A stretch of 64,000 nt of DNA from Sediminibacterium sp. (lineage in GTDB: Bacteria; Bacteroidota; Bacteroidia; Chitinophagales; Chitinophagaceae). Positions 1 to 9,755 of this stretch are shown here, piece by piece. Under the pieces are notes generated by a model. The model saw only the letters and a program-made list of their open reading frames with translations. It searched no databases and was not told where the DNA came from. The stretch is taken from assembly GCA_036170555.1 (NCBI GenBank), contig JAVHPL010000005.1, positions 529 through 64,528 of the forward strand, written 5' to 3'. Positions within the stretch are counted from its first letter, which is position 1, and every line of letters starts with the position of its first letter. The translations under genes and the position numbers were made by a program.

Positions 1-1233
1 GCAGTGCTTAAAAAAGCTACTCCATTATTTGACGGTGGATACACTTTTGGTGGCTTATTGGGCAATGGATACAGCTTTGTAATGCGTGATGCTCACGGTA
101 TTCGCCCAGCGTACTATTATATAAATGATGATGTAATTGTTGCTGCTAGTGAACGTGCTGCCATTAGAACCACTTTTAACGTAGGCGAAAATGAAGTGTT
201 AGAATTAATGCCTGGTATGGGTTTAATTGTAGATGACAAAGGCAATTACAGTATTGAACAAATACTTCCTCCCAAGGAAAGGAGGGCTTGCTCTTTTGAA
301 AGAATTTATTTTTCTAGAGGGAGTGATGAAAAAATTTATAGAGAAAGAATTGCATTAGGGTATCATTTAAGTGAAACGGTATTAGATAGTATTGGTAATG
401 ATTTAAAAAATACCATCTTTTCTTATATTCCCAATACTGCTGAAGTGGCTTTTTATGGTTTAGTAAAGGGGATGGAAGATTACCTTAATAAAATTAAAGT
501 AGAACGTATTTTAAGTTGGGGTAATACGTTTACGCAAGAAAAATTAGAGGAAATGGTGAATAGAAAAATTCGCCAAGAAAAAATTGCCATCAAAGATGTA
601 AAGTTAAGAACGTTCATTACCGAAGATGCTAACAGAAATGAAATGGTTCAGCATGTATACGATATTACTTATGGTACGGTTCGTAGAAATCAAGATACTT
701 TAGTTGTTATTGATGATAGTATTGTTAGAGGAACTACTTTAAGAGAAAGCATTGTTCTCATGTTGTCTCGTTTACATCCCAAGAAAATTATTGTGGTTTC
801 TTCTGCTCCACAAATTCGCTATCCAGACTGTTATGGTATAGATATGAGCAAGTTGGGTGATTTTATTGCATTTCGCGCTGCTATTGCCTTGTTAAAAGAG
901 CGTGATATGGAATATATTCTTACTGAAGCTCAAGAAAAAATAATTCAATTGAATAACAGCAATCAATTACATACCGAAAACGTTGTTCGCAAAATTTATA
1001 AGCCTTTTACAACACAAGAAATATCCAACAAAATTGCTCAACTAATTACACCAACAGGAGTTGATTTACCCATACAGGTAATTTACCAAACTATCGAAGA
1101 TTTACATGATAGTTGCCCTACTAATACAGGTGATTGGTATTTCACTGGTAATTATCCAACACCTGGTGGTAACCGCGTAGTTAATAAAGCTTTCTTAAAT
1201 TATTTAGAAGGAAAAAATGTTAGAGGTTATTAA
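1..1233 (+). CDS. purF: Amidophosphoribosyltransferase, Bacteroidota type (5' partial; frame is open from the window edge)
   Basis: PRPP-binding motif VVIDDSIVRGTT; CSFERIYFSRG and APQIRYPDCYGIDM segments typical of PurF. Confidence 0.9.
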   Translation, partial: AVLKKATPLFDGGYTFGGLLGNGYSFVMRDAHGIRPAYYYINDDVIVAASERAAIRTTFNVGENEVLELMPGMGLIVDDKGNYSIEQILPPKERRACSFERIYFSRGSDEKIYRERIALGYHLSETVLDSIGNDLKNTIFSYIPNTAEVAFYGLVKGMEDYLNKIKVERILSWGNTFTQEKLEEMVNRKIRQEKIAIKDVKLRTFITEDANRNEMVQHVYDITYGTVRRNQDTLVVIDDSIVRGTTLRESIVLMLSRLHPKKIIVVSSAPQIRYPDCYGIDMSKLGDFIAFRAAIALLKERDMEYILTEAQEKIIQLNNSNQLHTENVVRKIYKPFTTQEISNKIAQLITPTGVDLPIQVIYQTIEDLHDSCPTNTGDWYFTGNYPTPGGNRVVNKAFLNYLEGKNVRGY

Positions 1234-2309
1234 ACTCTATAACAAATTGCATTGATATTCATACCTGCGCCTACCGATGCAAATAAAACAATATCCCCTG
1301 GCACAAGATGATGCTCATCTAATTCTCCTCGGTTTACTAAATCGTATAATGTGGGAATAGTGGCAACTGAACTATTTCCTAGTTTATGAATACTCATAGG
1401 CATGATATTTTTAGGAATTTCACGATAGCCATACAGTTTAAATAATGCTTTGATAAATCCTTCATCCATTTTTTCGTTGGCTTGATGCAAGAAAAACTTT
1501 TTTACTTCTGTAATATCTACTCCTGCTTTTTCTAAACAAGACTTCATTGCCTGAGGAACATTTTTGATAGCGTATTCATATACTTTACGTCCTTTCATTT
1601 TAATATATCTAACAGAAGGATCTGCACCGGGTAAATATGATTGACCCATGGTAATAAAGTTTACTTCATCTACACAATGACTTTGCATATTGGTTGCCAT
1701 AATTCCTTTGCTCTGTTCATCTCCTTCTATTCCTTCAATAATAGTAGCCCCGGCACCATCACTAAAAATCATACTGTCTCTATCAAAATGATCAATCACC
1801 CTGCTGAGGGTTTCGGTACCAATGACCAAACATTTTTTTGCAAGGCCAGCTTTTATAAAAGCATCTGCTTGTGTAACCCCTAAGATCCAACCCGGGCAAC
1901 CAAACATTACATCATAAGCTACACAGTTGGGATTACGAATACCTAACCCACTTTTAATATGGGAGGCTAATGAAGGAACCGAATCACTTTGAATTGTATT
2001 CTTTAAGATGTTCCCAAAATTATGGGCTACAATTATTTGATCAATTGTTTCTGGATCAACACCTGCATCGTCTATTGCATGCTTTGCTGCAATCAATCCC
2101 ATATCAGACGACTTAAATTCATTCCCTACATATCTCCTTTCTTCTATACCCGTAATATCTTTAAACTTTTCTACTATTTCGGTAGAAGGTGCAGTAATTT
2201 TTTGATGATCTTCTCCATAAAAATCTTGTTCTGCAAAATCTTTATTCGACTTGATATGCGGGGGAATATAACTACCCGTTCCTGTAATTACTGTTCGTAA
2301 TGTTGCCAT
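1230..2309 (-). CDS. fabH: 3-oxoacyl-ACP synthase III (FabH family); probable start ATG 2309 (MATLRT), ORF track start 2333
   Basis: ITGTGSYIP start, catalytic Cys (FGCPG), His (FLHQAN), Asn (LGNSS), C-terminal GAGM; the 2333 start lies inside a -7 promoter box. Confidence 0.85.
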   Translation of the reverse strand: MATLRTVITGTGSYIPPHIKSNKDFAEQDFYGEDHQKITAPSTEIVEKFKDITGIEERRYVGNEFKSSDMGLIAAKHAIDDAGVDPETIDQIIVAHNFGNILKNTIQSDSVPSLASHIKSGLGIRNPNCVAYDVMFGCPGWILGVTQADAFIKAGLAKKCLVIGTETLSRVIDHFDRDSMIFSDGAGATIIEGIEGDEQSKGIMATNMQSHCVDEVNFITMGQSYLPGADPSVRYIKMKGRKVYEYAIKNVPQAMKSCLEKAGVDITEVKKFFLHQANEKMDEGFIKALFKLYGYREIPKNIMPMSIHKLGNSSVATIPTLYDLVNRGELDEHHLVPGDIVLFASVGAGMNINAICYRV

Positions 2310-2330
2310 TGTTAGGAAATTATTATTGGT

Positions 2331-2338
2331 CAAATGTA
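2331..2338 (-). promoter_or_regulatory. Bacteroidota housekeeping -7 promoter box (TACATTTG) for the FabH-like gene
   Basis: Exact TAnnTTTG match 21 nt upstream of ATG 2309. Confidence 0.55.
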
Positions 2339-2348
2339 AGTATAAATA

Positions 2349-2370
2349 AAAAGGGATGGTAAGCCATCCC
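2349..2370 (-). terminator. Intrinsic terminator of manC
   Basis: GGGATGG/CCATCCC 7-bp stem, 4-nt loop, followed by a T-run on the minus strand. Confidence 0.75.
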
Positions 2371-2396
2371 CTTATATATTTAAAACTAACAAGCGT

Positions 2397-3479
2397 TTAT
2401 AAGTATTGATCTCCCTTATTGCGTTTTACTTCTGCAACATATTCTTTAATGGCTTGCTCTTTTTCTTTTTTGCAAATCATCAGAACATCGGGTGTATCTA
2501 CCACAATAAAATCATCTAAACCTTGTAGTAATACTAGTTTTTCATGCGGTGCAGAAACCATGCATTTTGTAGCATCAATTACAATTACGTTTTCAGAAGC
2601 TACTGCATTACCTAGATAATCTTTTTCTAAATTATCATAAGCACTATTCCAAGTACCTAAATCACTCCATCCAAAAGAAGAAGGAATTACATATACATTA
2701 TCTGCTTTTTCCATGATGGCAAAATCAATAGAAACATTGGTGCATAATGGATAAATACGATTGATGGCTTCTTTTTCTAATTTGGTATTAAAATATTCTT
2801 TTTCTGCATCAAATAATTCAAACATTTCTGGCTGGTACTGTTCAAATGCTTTCATTACATTTTTTACCTGCCATACAAAAATACCTGCATTCCAAAGAAA
2901 ATCTCCACTGGCTAAAAATGTTTTGGCAAGTTCTAGGTTGGGCTTTTCTGTAAAGGTTTTTACTTTATATATTCCATCTGCCACCTGCATGGGTTCATGT
3001 TGAATATATCCGTATCCTGTGTTGGGATGTGTTGGCTTTATACCCAGTGTAACCAACGACTTGATATGACATACAAAATCTAATGCCTGTAAAGTAATTT
3101 TTTTAAAATTTTCTGTATCTAAAATCATGTGATCACTTGGTGCAACAATTAAGGATGCTTCTGGATCTTTTTGCAATAATTTATAAGATATATAAGCTAC
3201 ACAAGGAGCAGTGTTTTTTCTACTTGGTTCTGCTAAAATATTGTCAATGGGCAATTCGGGTAACTGCTGTTTTACAATTTCAACATATTCATCGGAAGTA
3301 ACGATAAAAATATTTTCAACAGGAATAAATGCTGCATAACGTTCATAGCTCCACCTAATTAAAGATTTACCCGTATTGAGTATATCTAAAAACTGTTTTG
3401 GATAAGAGGTTCGGCTTTTAGGCCAAAACCTACTGCCTATACCGCCAGCCATGATGGCTACATAATGGTGTTTGTTCAT
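2397..3479 (-). CDS. manC: Mannose-1-phosphate guanylyltransferase
   Basis: MAGGIGSRFWPKSR, PKQFL, RKNTAP, TGYGYI, FTEKP, WNAGIF, WSDLGTW motifs. Confidence 0.92.
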   Translation of the reverse strand: MNKHHYVAIMAGGIGSRFWPKSRTSYPKQFLDILNTGKSLIRWSYERYAAFIPVENIFIVTSDEYVEIVKQQLPELPIDNILAEPSRKNTAPCVAYISYKLLQKDPEASLIVAPSDHMILDTENFKKITLQALDFVCHIKSLVTLGIKPTHPNTGYGYIQHEPMQVADGIYKVKTFTEKPNLELAKTFLASGDFLWNAGIFVWQVKNVMKAFEQYQPEMFELFDAEKEYFNTKLEKEAINRIYPLCTNVSIDFAIMEKADNVYVIPSSFGWSDLGTWNSAYDNLEKDYLGNAVASENVIVIDATKCMVSAPHEKLVLLQGLDDFIVVDTPDVLMICKKEKEQAIKEYVAEVKRNKGDQYL

Positions 3480-3563
3480 CGCTAGAATTTAAGTTAAATA
3501 GTTCAATTTTTTAGTGTAAAAGTACATATACACTCAACGAGTTTAATATGAACTTATTGCTTT

Positions 3564-4526
3564 TTATACAATTCCTTCTCTAATTAAATCATGTAAATGT
3601 ATAATGCCCATATATTGGTCTTTTTCTGCAACAATGAGTTGACTAATATCATGCTTTCTTAACATGTTTAGTGCTTCTACGGCAAGTGCTTGCGGGTTAA
3701 TGGTGATGGGTTTAGGACTAAGAATATCACTAGCCAGTAAATGGTTAATATCGGTTGTTTTCTCTAACATTCTTCTTAAATCACCATCTGTAATAATACC
3801 TATTAATTTACCATTCGTATTTACAACGGCTGTAACTCCTAATCTTTTTTCTGTAATTTCTACAATTACTTTTTTAAGTGGTGCATTGGCTAGTACAGCA
3901 GGTTTTTCATTTGTTGCAGCTATATCTTCTACTCGTAAATACAATCTTTTTCCTAAGTTTCCTCCGGGGTGAAAGCGTGCAAAATCTCTATTATTAAAAC
4001 CATTTATTTCCATCAAACAAACAGCTAACACATCTCCCATTACCATTTGTGCCGTGGTACTACTGGTGGGTGCTAAATTATTAGGGCAAGCCTCTTTCTC
4101 TACGGTGGTATTTAGTACCATATTTGCTTGCTTTGCTAAAAAACTATCCATATTTCCCACCATGCCAATTAAAGGGTTCCCAAAATTTTTAATTAGGGGA
4201 ACCAATACTTTTATTTCTGGGCTCTCGCCACTTTTACTAATAATGAGTACCACATCGTTTTTGGTAACCATACCCAAATCTCCATGAATTGCATCTGCTG
4301 CATGCATAAACAAAGAGGGTGTTCCTGTAGAATTAAGTGTGGCTACAATTTTTTGAGCAACAATGGCACTTTTCCCAATTCCGCTTATTACTAAACGGCC
4401 CTTTGATTGGTGAATTAATTGAATTATTTTCTCAAAAGATTCATCAATAAAAGCGGTTAACCCTTTTACAGATTGAACTTCTGTTTCAATTGTGTTAATG
4501 GCGGTTTGAATTAGATTTAATTTCAT
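3564..4526 (-). CDS. kdsD: KpsF/GutQ-family arabinose-5-phosphate isomerase (SIS + 2 CBS); probable start ATG 4526
   Basis: GIGKSAIVA, HAADAIHGDLG, SKSGES, LAPTSST, FHPGGNLGK, C-terminal CBS pair. Confidence 0.9.
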   Translation of the reverse strand: MKLNLIQTAINTIETEVQSVKGLTAFIDESFEKIIQLIHQSKGRLVISGIGKSAIVAQKIVATLNSTGTPSLFMHAADAIHGDLGMVTKNDVVLIISKSGESPEIKVLVPLIKNFGNPLIGMVGNMDSFLAKQANMVLNTTVEKEACPNNLAPTSSTTAQMVMGDVLAVCLMEINGFNNRDFARFHPGGNLGKRLYLRVEDIAATNEKPAVLANAPLKKVIVEITEKRLGVTAVVNTNGKLIGIITDGDLRRMLEKTTDINHLLASDILSPKPITINPQALAVEALNMLRKHDISQLIVAEKDQYMGIIHLHDLIREGIV

Positions 4527-4532
4527 GCGGTA

Positions 4533-4540
4533 CAAAGGTA
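4533..4540 (-). promoter_or_regulatory. -7 promoter box (TACCTTTG) for kdsD
   Basis: TAnnTTTG match 6 nt upstream of ATG 4526. Confidence 0.55.
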
Positions 4541-4711
4541 AACTTTAACATCTAAGAGAAGATAATGCGCCAGCATTTTATTAACTTAGCTGCCCTTTTA
4601 CAAAATAAGCCCATTCATCACAATTTGATAAATTTTTTAGGCTTTAAAGGATAATTTGTTTAACTTATAATGGCATTGATATACTTATCTGCAGAAAATA
4701 GAATTTGAGCG

Positions 4712-7012
4712 ATGGCAACCACTAAAAAAGCGGCTCCTAAAAAAGCAGTCGAAAAAAAAGCAATAGAAAAGAAAACCAGTAATAAAAAACTGAACCCCAA
4801 AGCTTCAGTTGCTACTCATAATTACAATATTTATGGGGCATTGGAACAGTATTTTGGATTTAGAGAATTCAAAGGAACTCAAGAAAAAGCCATTAATAGC
4901 TTACTAGATGGAAATGATACTTTTGTAATAATGCCTACAGGCGGTGGTAAAAGTCTTTGTTATCAACTACCTGCCTTAATTAAACCTGGTTGCGCTATTG
5001 TTGTTTCCCCTCTTATAGCTTTAATGAAAAACCAAGTTGATTTGGTAAGAGGGTATAGTGAAAATGATGAAGTTGCTCATTTTTTAAATTCTTCTTTAAA
5101 TAAAGGTCAAATTAAAGCAGTTAAAGATGATTTGAATAGCGGAAAAACCAAATTATTATATGTTGCTCCAGAAACTTTAACTAAGCAAGAGAATCTTGAA
5201 TATTTTAGTGACCTTGAAATTTCTTTTTTTGCAGTAGATGAAGCGCATTGTATTTCGGAATGGGGGCATGATTTTCGTCCAGAGTACCGAAGGCTTCGTG
5301 AAATGATGGATATTATTAATCCAGATATTCCTGTAATTGCTTTAACAGCAACAGCTACACCCAAAGTTCAAAGTGATATTGTAAAAAATTTAGGATTAAG
5401 AGATCCCCATATTTTTGTTTCTTCTTTTAATAGGTCTAGTTTATTCTACGAAATTCAACCTAAAATAGAAAAAGACCAAACTGTAAAAAGTATTGTAAAA
5501 TTCATTTCTCAACATAAGGGTAAGAGTGGTATTATTTATACTTTAAATAGAAAAACTACCGAAGAATTAGCTGCATTATTAGTAGCCAATAAAATTAAAG
5601 CGGTAGCCTATCATGCTGGGTTAGATCAAAAATTAAGGGCCGAGCGGCAAGATCAGTTTTTAAATGAAGATGTGCAGGTAATAGTTGCCACTATTGCATT
5701 TGGAATGGGGATAGACAAGCCAGATATTCGTTTTGTAATTCATTTTAATATTCCTAAATCTATTGAGAATTATTATCAGGAAACAGGACGTGCCGGTAGA
5801 GATGGATTAGAGGGAATTTGTGTACTATATTATTCACATAAAGATGTTGCTAAATTAGAACATTTTATGCGTGATAAACCATTGAGTGAAAGAGAGGTTG
5901 GTGCGCAATTGATAGATGAAATGGTTGCTTACGCAGAAAGTTCAGTATGCAGAAGAAAAATTCTTTTGCATTATTTTGGAGAAAACTGGGATACACCTAA
6001 TTGTGGATTATGTGATAACTGTAAAAATCCAAAAGAAAAATTCGAAGCAAAAGAAGATGTGATTGCTGTATTAAAAGTTGTGAATGCATTAGATGGTAGA
6101 TTTATTACCGATTATGTTGTAAATGTGATAATGGGAAAATTAACGCCTCAAATAACTATGTTTAGGCACGATGCTTTGCCTGTTTTTGGAATTGGTAAAG
6201 ACAAGGAACCGCATTTGTGGAATAGCTTGGTAAGACAATTATTGTTAGAGAATTTTTTAGAGAAAGATATTGAAGAATACGGCTTAATAAAAGTAACAAC
6301 CAAGGGTAATCAATATTTGAAAAAGCCAGTTTCGTTTAAAATGGTATTGAATAATTTATTTGAAAATGCCAATGCGGATGATGAAGAAAATGAAACGGCT
6401 TCTCAATCTAGTGCCGCATCTGATGAAAAATTATTTGCTATGCTGATGGACCTGCGTCAGAAAGAGGCAAAGAAAAAAAGCCTTCCTCCATTTGTAATAT
6501 TTTTAGAAAATTCTTTGCAAGATGCAGCTACCCTTTTTCCTACTACTTTAGAGGAAATGGAGAAATGTCAAGGGGTGAGTAAAGGGAAAGCTATAAAATA
6601 TGGCAAGCCCTTTGTAGAATTGATTGCAAAATATGTAGAAGAGAATGAAATAGAAAAGCCCGATGAGTTTGTGATGCGCAGTGTGGCCAATGCAGCCAGT
6701 AATAAAATTTATATTATTCAAAATGTAGATAAGAAAATACCACTCGAAACTATTGCTAAGAATAAAAGCTTGAAATTAGATGAGTTATTAGAAGAAATGG
6801 AAACCATCGCTGCTAGCGGAACTAGACTTAACCTAGATTATGCCATAGATGAGTGGTTAGATAAAGATGACCAAGACGAAATAATTGAATACTTTAAAAG
6901 CTGCGAAACTTCTTCTTTACAAATTGCACAAGAAGAATTGGCTGAGTACGATTATAATTGGGAGCAATTAAAAATTATGCGCATTAAGTTTTTAAGTGTA
7001 TATGGAAATTAA
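4712..7012 (+). CDS. recQ: ATP-dependent DNA helicase RecQ with Lys-rich N-terminal tail
   Basis: [39 protein letters not shown], Zn-binding CRR...CGLCDNC, RQC and HRDC regions. Confidence 0.95.
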   Translation: MATTKKAAPKKAVEKKAIEKKTSNKKLNPKASVATHNYNIYGALEQYFGFREFKGTQEKAINSLLDGNDTFVIMPTGGGKSLCYQLPALIKPGCAIVVSPLIALMKNQVDLVRGYSENDEVAHFLNSSLNKGQIKAVKDDLNSGKTKLLYVAPETLTKQENLEYFSDLEISFFAVDEAHCISEWGHDFRPEYRRLREMMDIINPDIPVIALTATATPKVQSDIVKNLGLRDPHIFVSSFNRSSLFYEIQPKIEKDQTVKSIVKFISQHKGKSGIIYTLNRKTTEELAALLVANKIKAVAYHAGLDQKLRAERQDQFLNEDVQVIVATIAFGMGIDKPDIRFVIHFNIPKSIENYYQETGRAGRDGLEGICVLYYSHKDVAKLEHFMRDKPLSEREVGAQLIDEMVAYAESSVCRRKILLHYFGENWDTPNCGLCDNCKNPKEKFEAKEDVIAVLKVVNALDGRFITDYVVNVIMGKLTPQITMFRHDALPVFGIGKDKEPHLWNSLVRQLLLENFLEKDIEEYGLIKVTTKGNQYLKKPVSFKMVLNNLFENANADDEENETASQSSAASDEKLFAMLMDLRQKEAKKKSLPPFVIFLENSLQDAATLFPTTLEEMEKCQGVSKGKAIKYGKPFVELIAKYVEENEIEKPDEFVMRSVANAASNKIYIIQNVDKKIPLETIAKNKSLKLDELLEEMETIAASGTRLNLDYAIDEWLDKDDQDEIIEYFKSCETSSLQIAQEELAEYDYNWEQLKIMRIKFLSVYGN

Positions 7013-7056
7013 TATCCTAATTACAGTGTTTATTTAAACAAATATTAGTAGATCAA

Positions 7057-8028
7057 TTAAATTCTACTAATTTGATTAGGTATTTGTTTGAATAGGATAT
7101 TATTTTTTAATAAATATTCCTTTGGCAATACACAATTGTTAGCATATATAATATACTGTTTTGCATTAGACTTTATTATAGAAAGTGAATCAATATCTAG
7201 GGTAGTAATTTGTTCTGCTTCAAAATAAAAATAGTAGGCTATATCTTTATGAATGCCTAGTAAATACGGCTCATGTAAATGAAAAGTATTTATTTCATAA
7301 TTTGTGTTTGTTTCACTAAACCAAACGTATTCTCTAATTTGTTTAACAGGAAGGTTTTCGTTTAGTTTTTCTTGGGGTTCCCCTATAAACATGGCTTCTC
7401 CTAATGTATAATAGTGAAAATGTAAATCCTGTTTTTGTGATTCTGTACATCCGCACATTAATTTTTTTGTAATAGTGTTTTTAGTAAAACTTAAGGGCTC
7501 CATTATAATGAATTGTCTATTGCCATGGTCTAATTTATTTAATCTAATCAGGTCTTTAATATGAGCAATATTACCCTTATAATTTTCTAGTATCCTACAG
7601 GTACTATTAGCAAAAATGGTATGTAGTACATTATTTAATTCTATTTGATTGGTGGAAAAATGATACTCATTTAATTGTTGAACTACTTGATCCAAAATAT
7701 TTTTATCTGTATAAATGAGGAGTACGCCAGTTTCACTTAGTAATGCGTTTAGTAAAAAAATCATCGAGGGTAGTTCTTCTATACCATCTTTTGTGCATAT
7801 TGCTAAACTTAGATGATAGTAGATACAATTAATTGTACCATAATAATTGGGTAATAATCTTTTTACTATTTCTATTGTATTTCCACTAATAATTTTATTG
7901 TTGGTTTCTGTAATATTACTTGTTATATCACCACCATCTACTGCATAATCAAAATACATTCCTTTATATGGAATGGCATTCTGAATAAAATGGTACTTAC
8001 TTTTCTTTTTCCAATAAATAATATGCAC
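7057..8028 (-). CDS. Degenerate type III R-M Mod-like protein, predicted catalytically inactive and lacking the TRD
   Basis: By-eye similarity to Mod: NKIISGNTIEIVKRLLPNYYGTINCIY (cf. NKIIHGDNLEALKSLLPEYEGKIKCIY), LNKLDHGNRQFIIME (cf. LNKQDGGNRKFILIE), C-terminal QYIIYANNCVLPKEYLLKNNILFKQIPNQISRI; no DPPY or FxGxG motif; GTG start. Confidence 0.7.
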   Translation of the reverse strand: MHIIYWKKKSKYHFIQNAIPYKGMYFDYAVDGGDITSNITETNNKIISGNTIEIVKRLLPNYYGTINCIYYHLSLAICTKDGIEELPSMIFLLNALLSETGVLLIYTDKNILDQVVQQLNEYHFSTNQIELNNVLHTIFANSTCRILENYKGNIAHIKDLIRLNKLDHGNRQFIIMEPLSFTKNTITKKLMCGCTESQKQDLHFHYYTLGEAMFIGEPQEKLNENLPVKQIREYVWFSETNTNYEINTFHLHEPYLLGIHKDIAYYFYFEAEQITTLDIDSLSIIKSNAKQYIIYANNCVLPKEYLLKNNILFKQIPNQISRI

Positions 8029-8034
8029 TAACAG

Positions 8035-8111
8035 GTATCTTTTAAAGTGTATAAATGTCTTTAAAATACAAAAATGTACTATAAGTATAAAATAATGTAC
8101 TTAAAAGATAC
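8035..8111. promoter_or_regulatory. 11-bp perfect inverted repeat (GTATCTTTTAA / TTAAAAGATAC) in the divergent intergenic region
   Basis: Arms at 8035-8045 and 8101-8111; operator role is inference. Confidence 0.4.
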
Positions 8112-8164
8112 TAAAACATATTATTAGGATAGTTATAAATGGCTCAATTGTTCAATTTTGAAGA

Positions 8165-8524
8165 GTGAAAAAAGCCATAGGAACAAGAATCAGAAAACTC
8201 AGGGTAAGCAAAGATTATACGCAAGATAATATGGCGGCGGAATTAGAAATTACTGCAGGCGCGTATGCTAAAATAGAGCGTGGGGAAACTGATCCTTCTG
8301 CAACTAGATTAATTCAAATTGCTGAAATTTTAGGAGTGGATATTGCTTTCTTTTTTCAAGAAGCAGCAAATCCTCAGCAGTTATTAGATAAAAATACTCA
8401 TTACGGGAATGCCTCTTATCAAGATATTGAAAAGCTTCATATATTAATTGAATCGCTTAGTAGAGACATGGAAAAAATTAAGCTTGAATTAGCATTAATC
8501 AAAAAATATAAAAATAAAAAATAG
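8165..8524 (+). CDS. XRE/Cro-C1 family HTH transcriptional regulator
   Basis: IGTRIRKLRVSKDYTQDNMAAELEITAGAYAKIERGETDPS is a typical HTH_3; C-terminal coiled-coil-like tail. Confidence 0.9.
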   Translation: MKKAIGTRIRKLRVSKDYTQDNMAAELEITAGAYAKIERGETDPSATRLIQIAEILGVDIAFFFQEAANPQQLLDKNTHYGNASYQDIEKLHILIESLSRDMEKIKLELALIKKYKNKK

Positions 8525-8597
8525 GGTATTTATTTTCTTAGATTTCAAAATAAATAGTGCAGCAAGCATATAAAAATTGTTCTTGAAAAGGTATATT

Positions 8598-9641
8598 TTA
8601 TTTCTTCCGGAATGCTTTACTGCGCAGTACTGCATTTTCTCGTATACTTAAATAGAATAAGTTTATATCGGCTATATGATAATTCTTGGTTGTGTAAAAT
8701 AGGTTACCAAAAAAATGTGGTTTCTCGGTCCACAATACATTTCCATTCACTTTTGCATCAGAAACCCTGTTTACTAGTTTATTGAATTTTAATAATACGC
8801 CACCCTTATTTAAATCTCTGGATGCAATGGGGTAACTGCTATCCCAGGTAAGTGGGTTTGTAACTATGGCTGCGAAATTTTCTCTATCTACATAAATTGG
8901 TTTATATCCTTCTTTAAAAGTTCTCCAACTACATATACATCCTGTTTGCCATGGATTAATACAAGGGGGAAGATCATTGAAATAATTACGCTCTATGGGC
9001 ATACCCACTAAATAGGCTGCTACCAACTTATTTTTTAATTCTTTGCCTTCAAAAAATTCTTTTAGTAAGCGTTTACCATGGGTGCTGCCCTGGCTATGTG
9101 CCGCTATAATTATTGGTTTACCATGATTTAAATTGGCTAAATAATATTCAAATGCGGCTTTGATATCTTGATAGGCTAATTCCAATGCATTAATAGCCAT
9201 GGCAGTATCCTTAGCGGTAATAGGGTAGTATGCACTTAAATGTGCTTGTCTATATCTTGGTGAAAAAACCCTTCCTGCTGCATTAAACACACTTGCCTGA
9301 AAAAGAATAGTGCCATTATCGGTTTTTGCATTTATACTAGTGTTATAAACGGGTGCATTCCATCCTTCCAATCGGTTGGGATTGGTATAAGTTGTTGGAT
9401 GTATAAAAAAAATATCAACACTACTATCTGGCAAATACCCGCTACGCAATGGTTTGGGCACACTATCAGAGGGGTCCTGTTTGAATGGATGCGCTGCCCA
9501 ATAATCTACATTGGCGTAGTTGGGTGCGCTAATAAGTGTATCTAATAACGCTAGTCCTTTTACCGTGGGCTTACTGGTGGTGCATCCAATAGTTAACAAA
9601 ATGAGTACACTACTTAAAATGGATATAAATAAACGATTCAT
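8598..9641 (-). CDS. DUF3089-family alpha/beta-hydrolase lipoprotein
   Basis: Lipobox LTIGC, DIFFIHPTTY, PRYRQA, nucleophile elbow AHSQG, YHIADINLFY. Confidence 0.8.
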   Translation of the reverse strand: MNRLFISILSSVLILLTIGCTTSKPTVKGLALLDTLISAPNYANVDYWAAHPFKQDPSDSVPKPLRSGYLPDSSVDIFFIHPTTYTNPNRLEGWNAPVYNTSINAKTDNGTILFQASVFNAAGRVFSPRYRQAHLSAYYPITAKDTAMAINALELAYQDIKAAFEYYLANLNHGKPIIIAAHSQGSTHGKRLLKEFFEGKELKNKLVAAYLVGMPIERNYFNDLPPCINPWQTGCICSWRTFKEGYKPIYVDRENFAAIVTNPLTWDSSYPIASRDLNKGGVLLKFNKLVNRVSDAKVNGNVLWTEKPHFFGNLFYTTKNYHIADINLFYLSIRENAVLRSKAFRKK

Positions 9642-9755
9642 AACATGAAGTTGATAAAAAATAATGAAAATGCCATCTTATTAACGCTAATGCTTAATTG
9701 AACTCAGTTTCGTAATTTACATTTTTGATTGATTGCTTATCTAAACTAAATTGTT

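Noticed and set aside
8527-8556. 10-bp AT-only inverted repeat after the XRE gene
   Set aside because: No GC pairs; too weak to call a terminator
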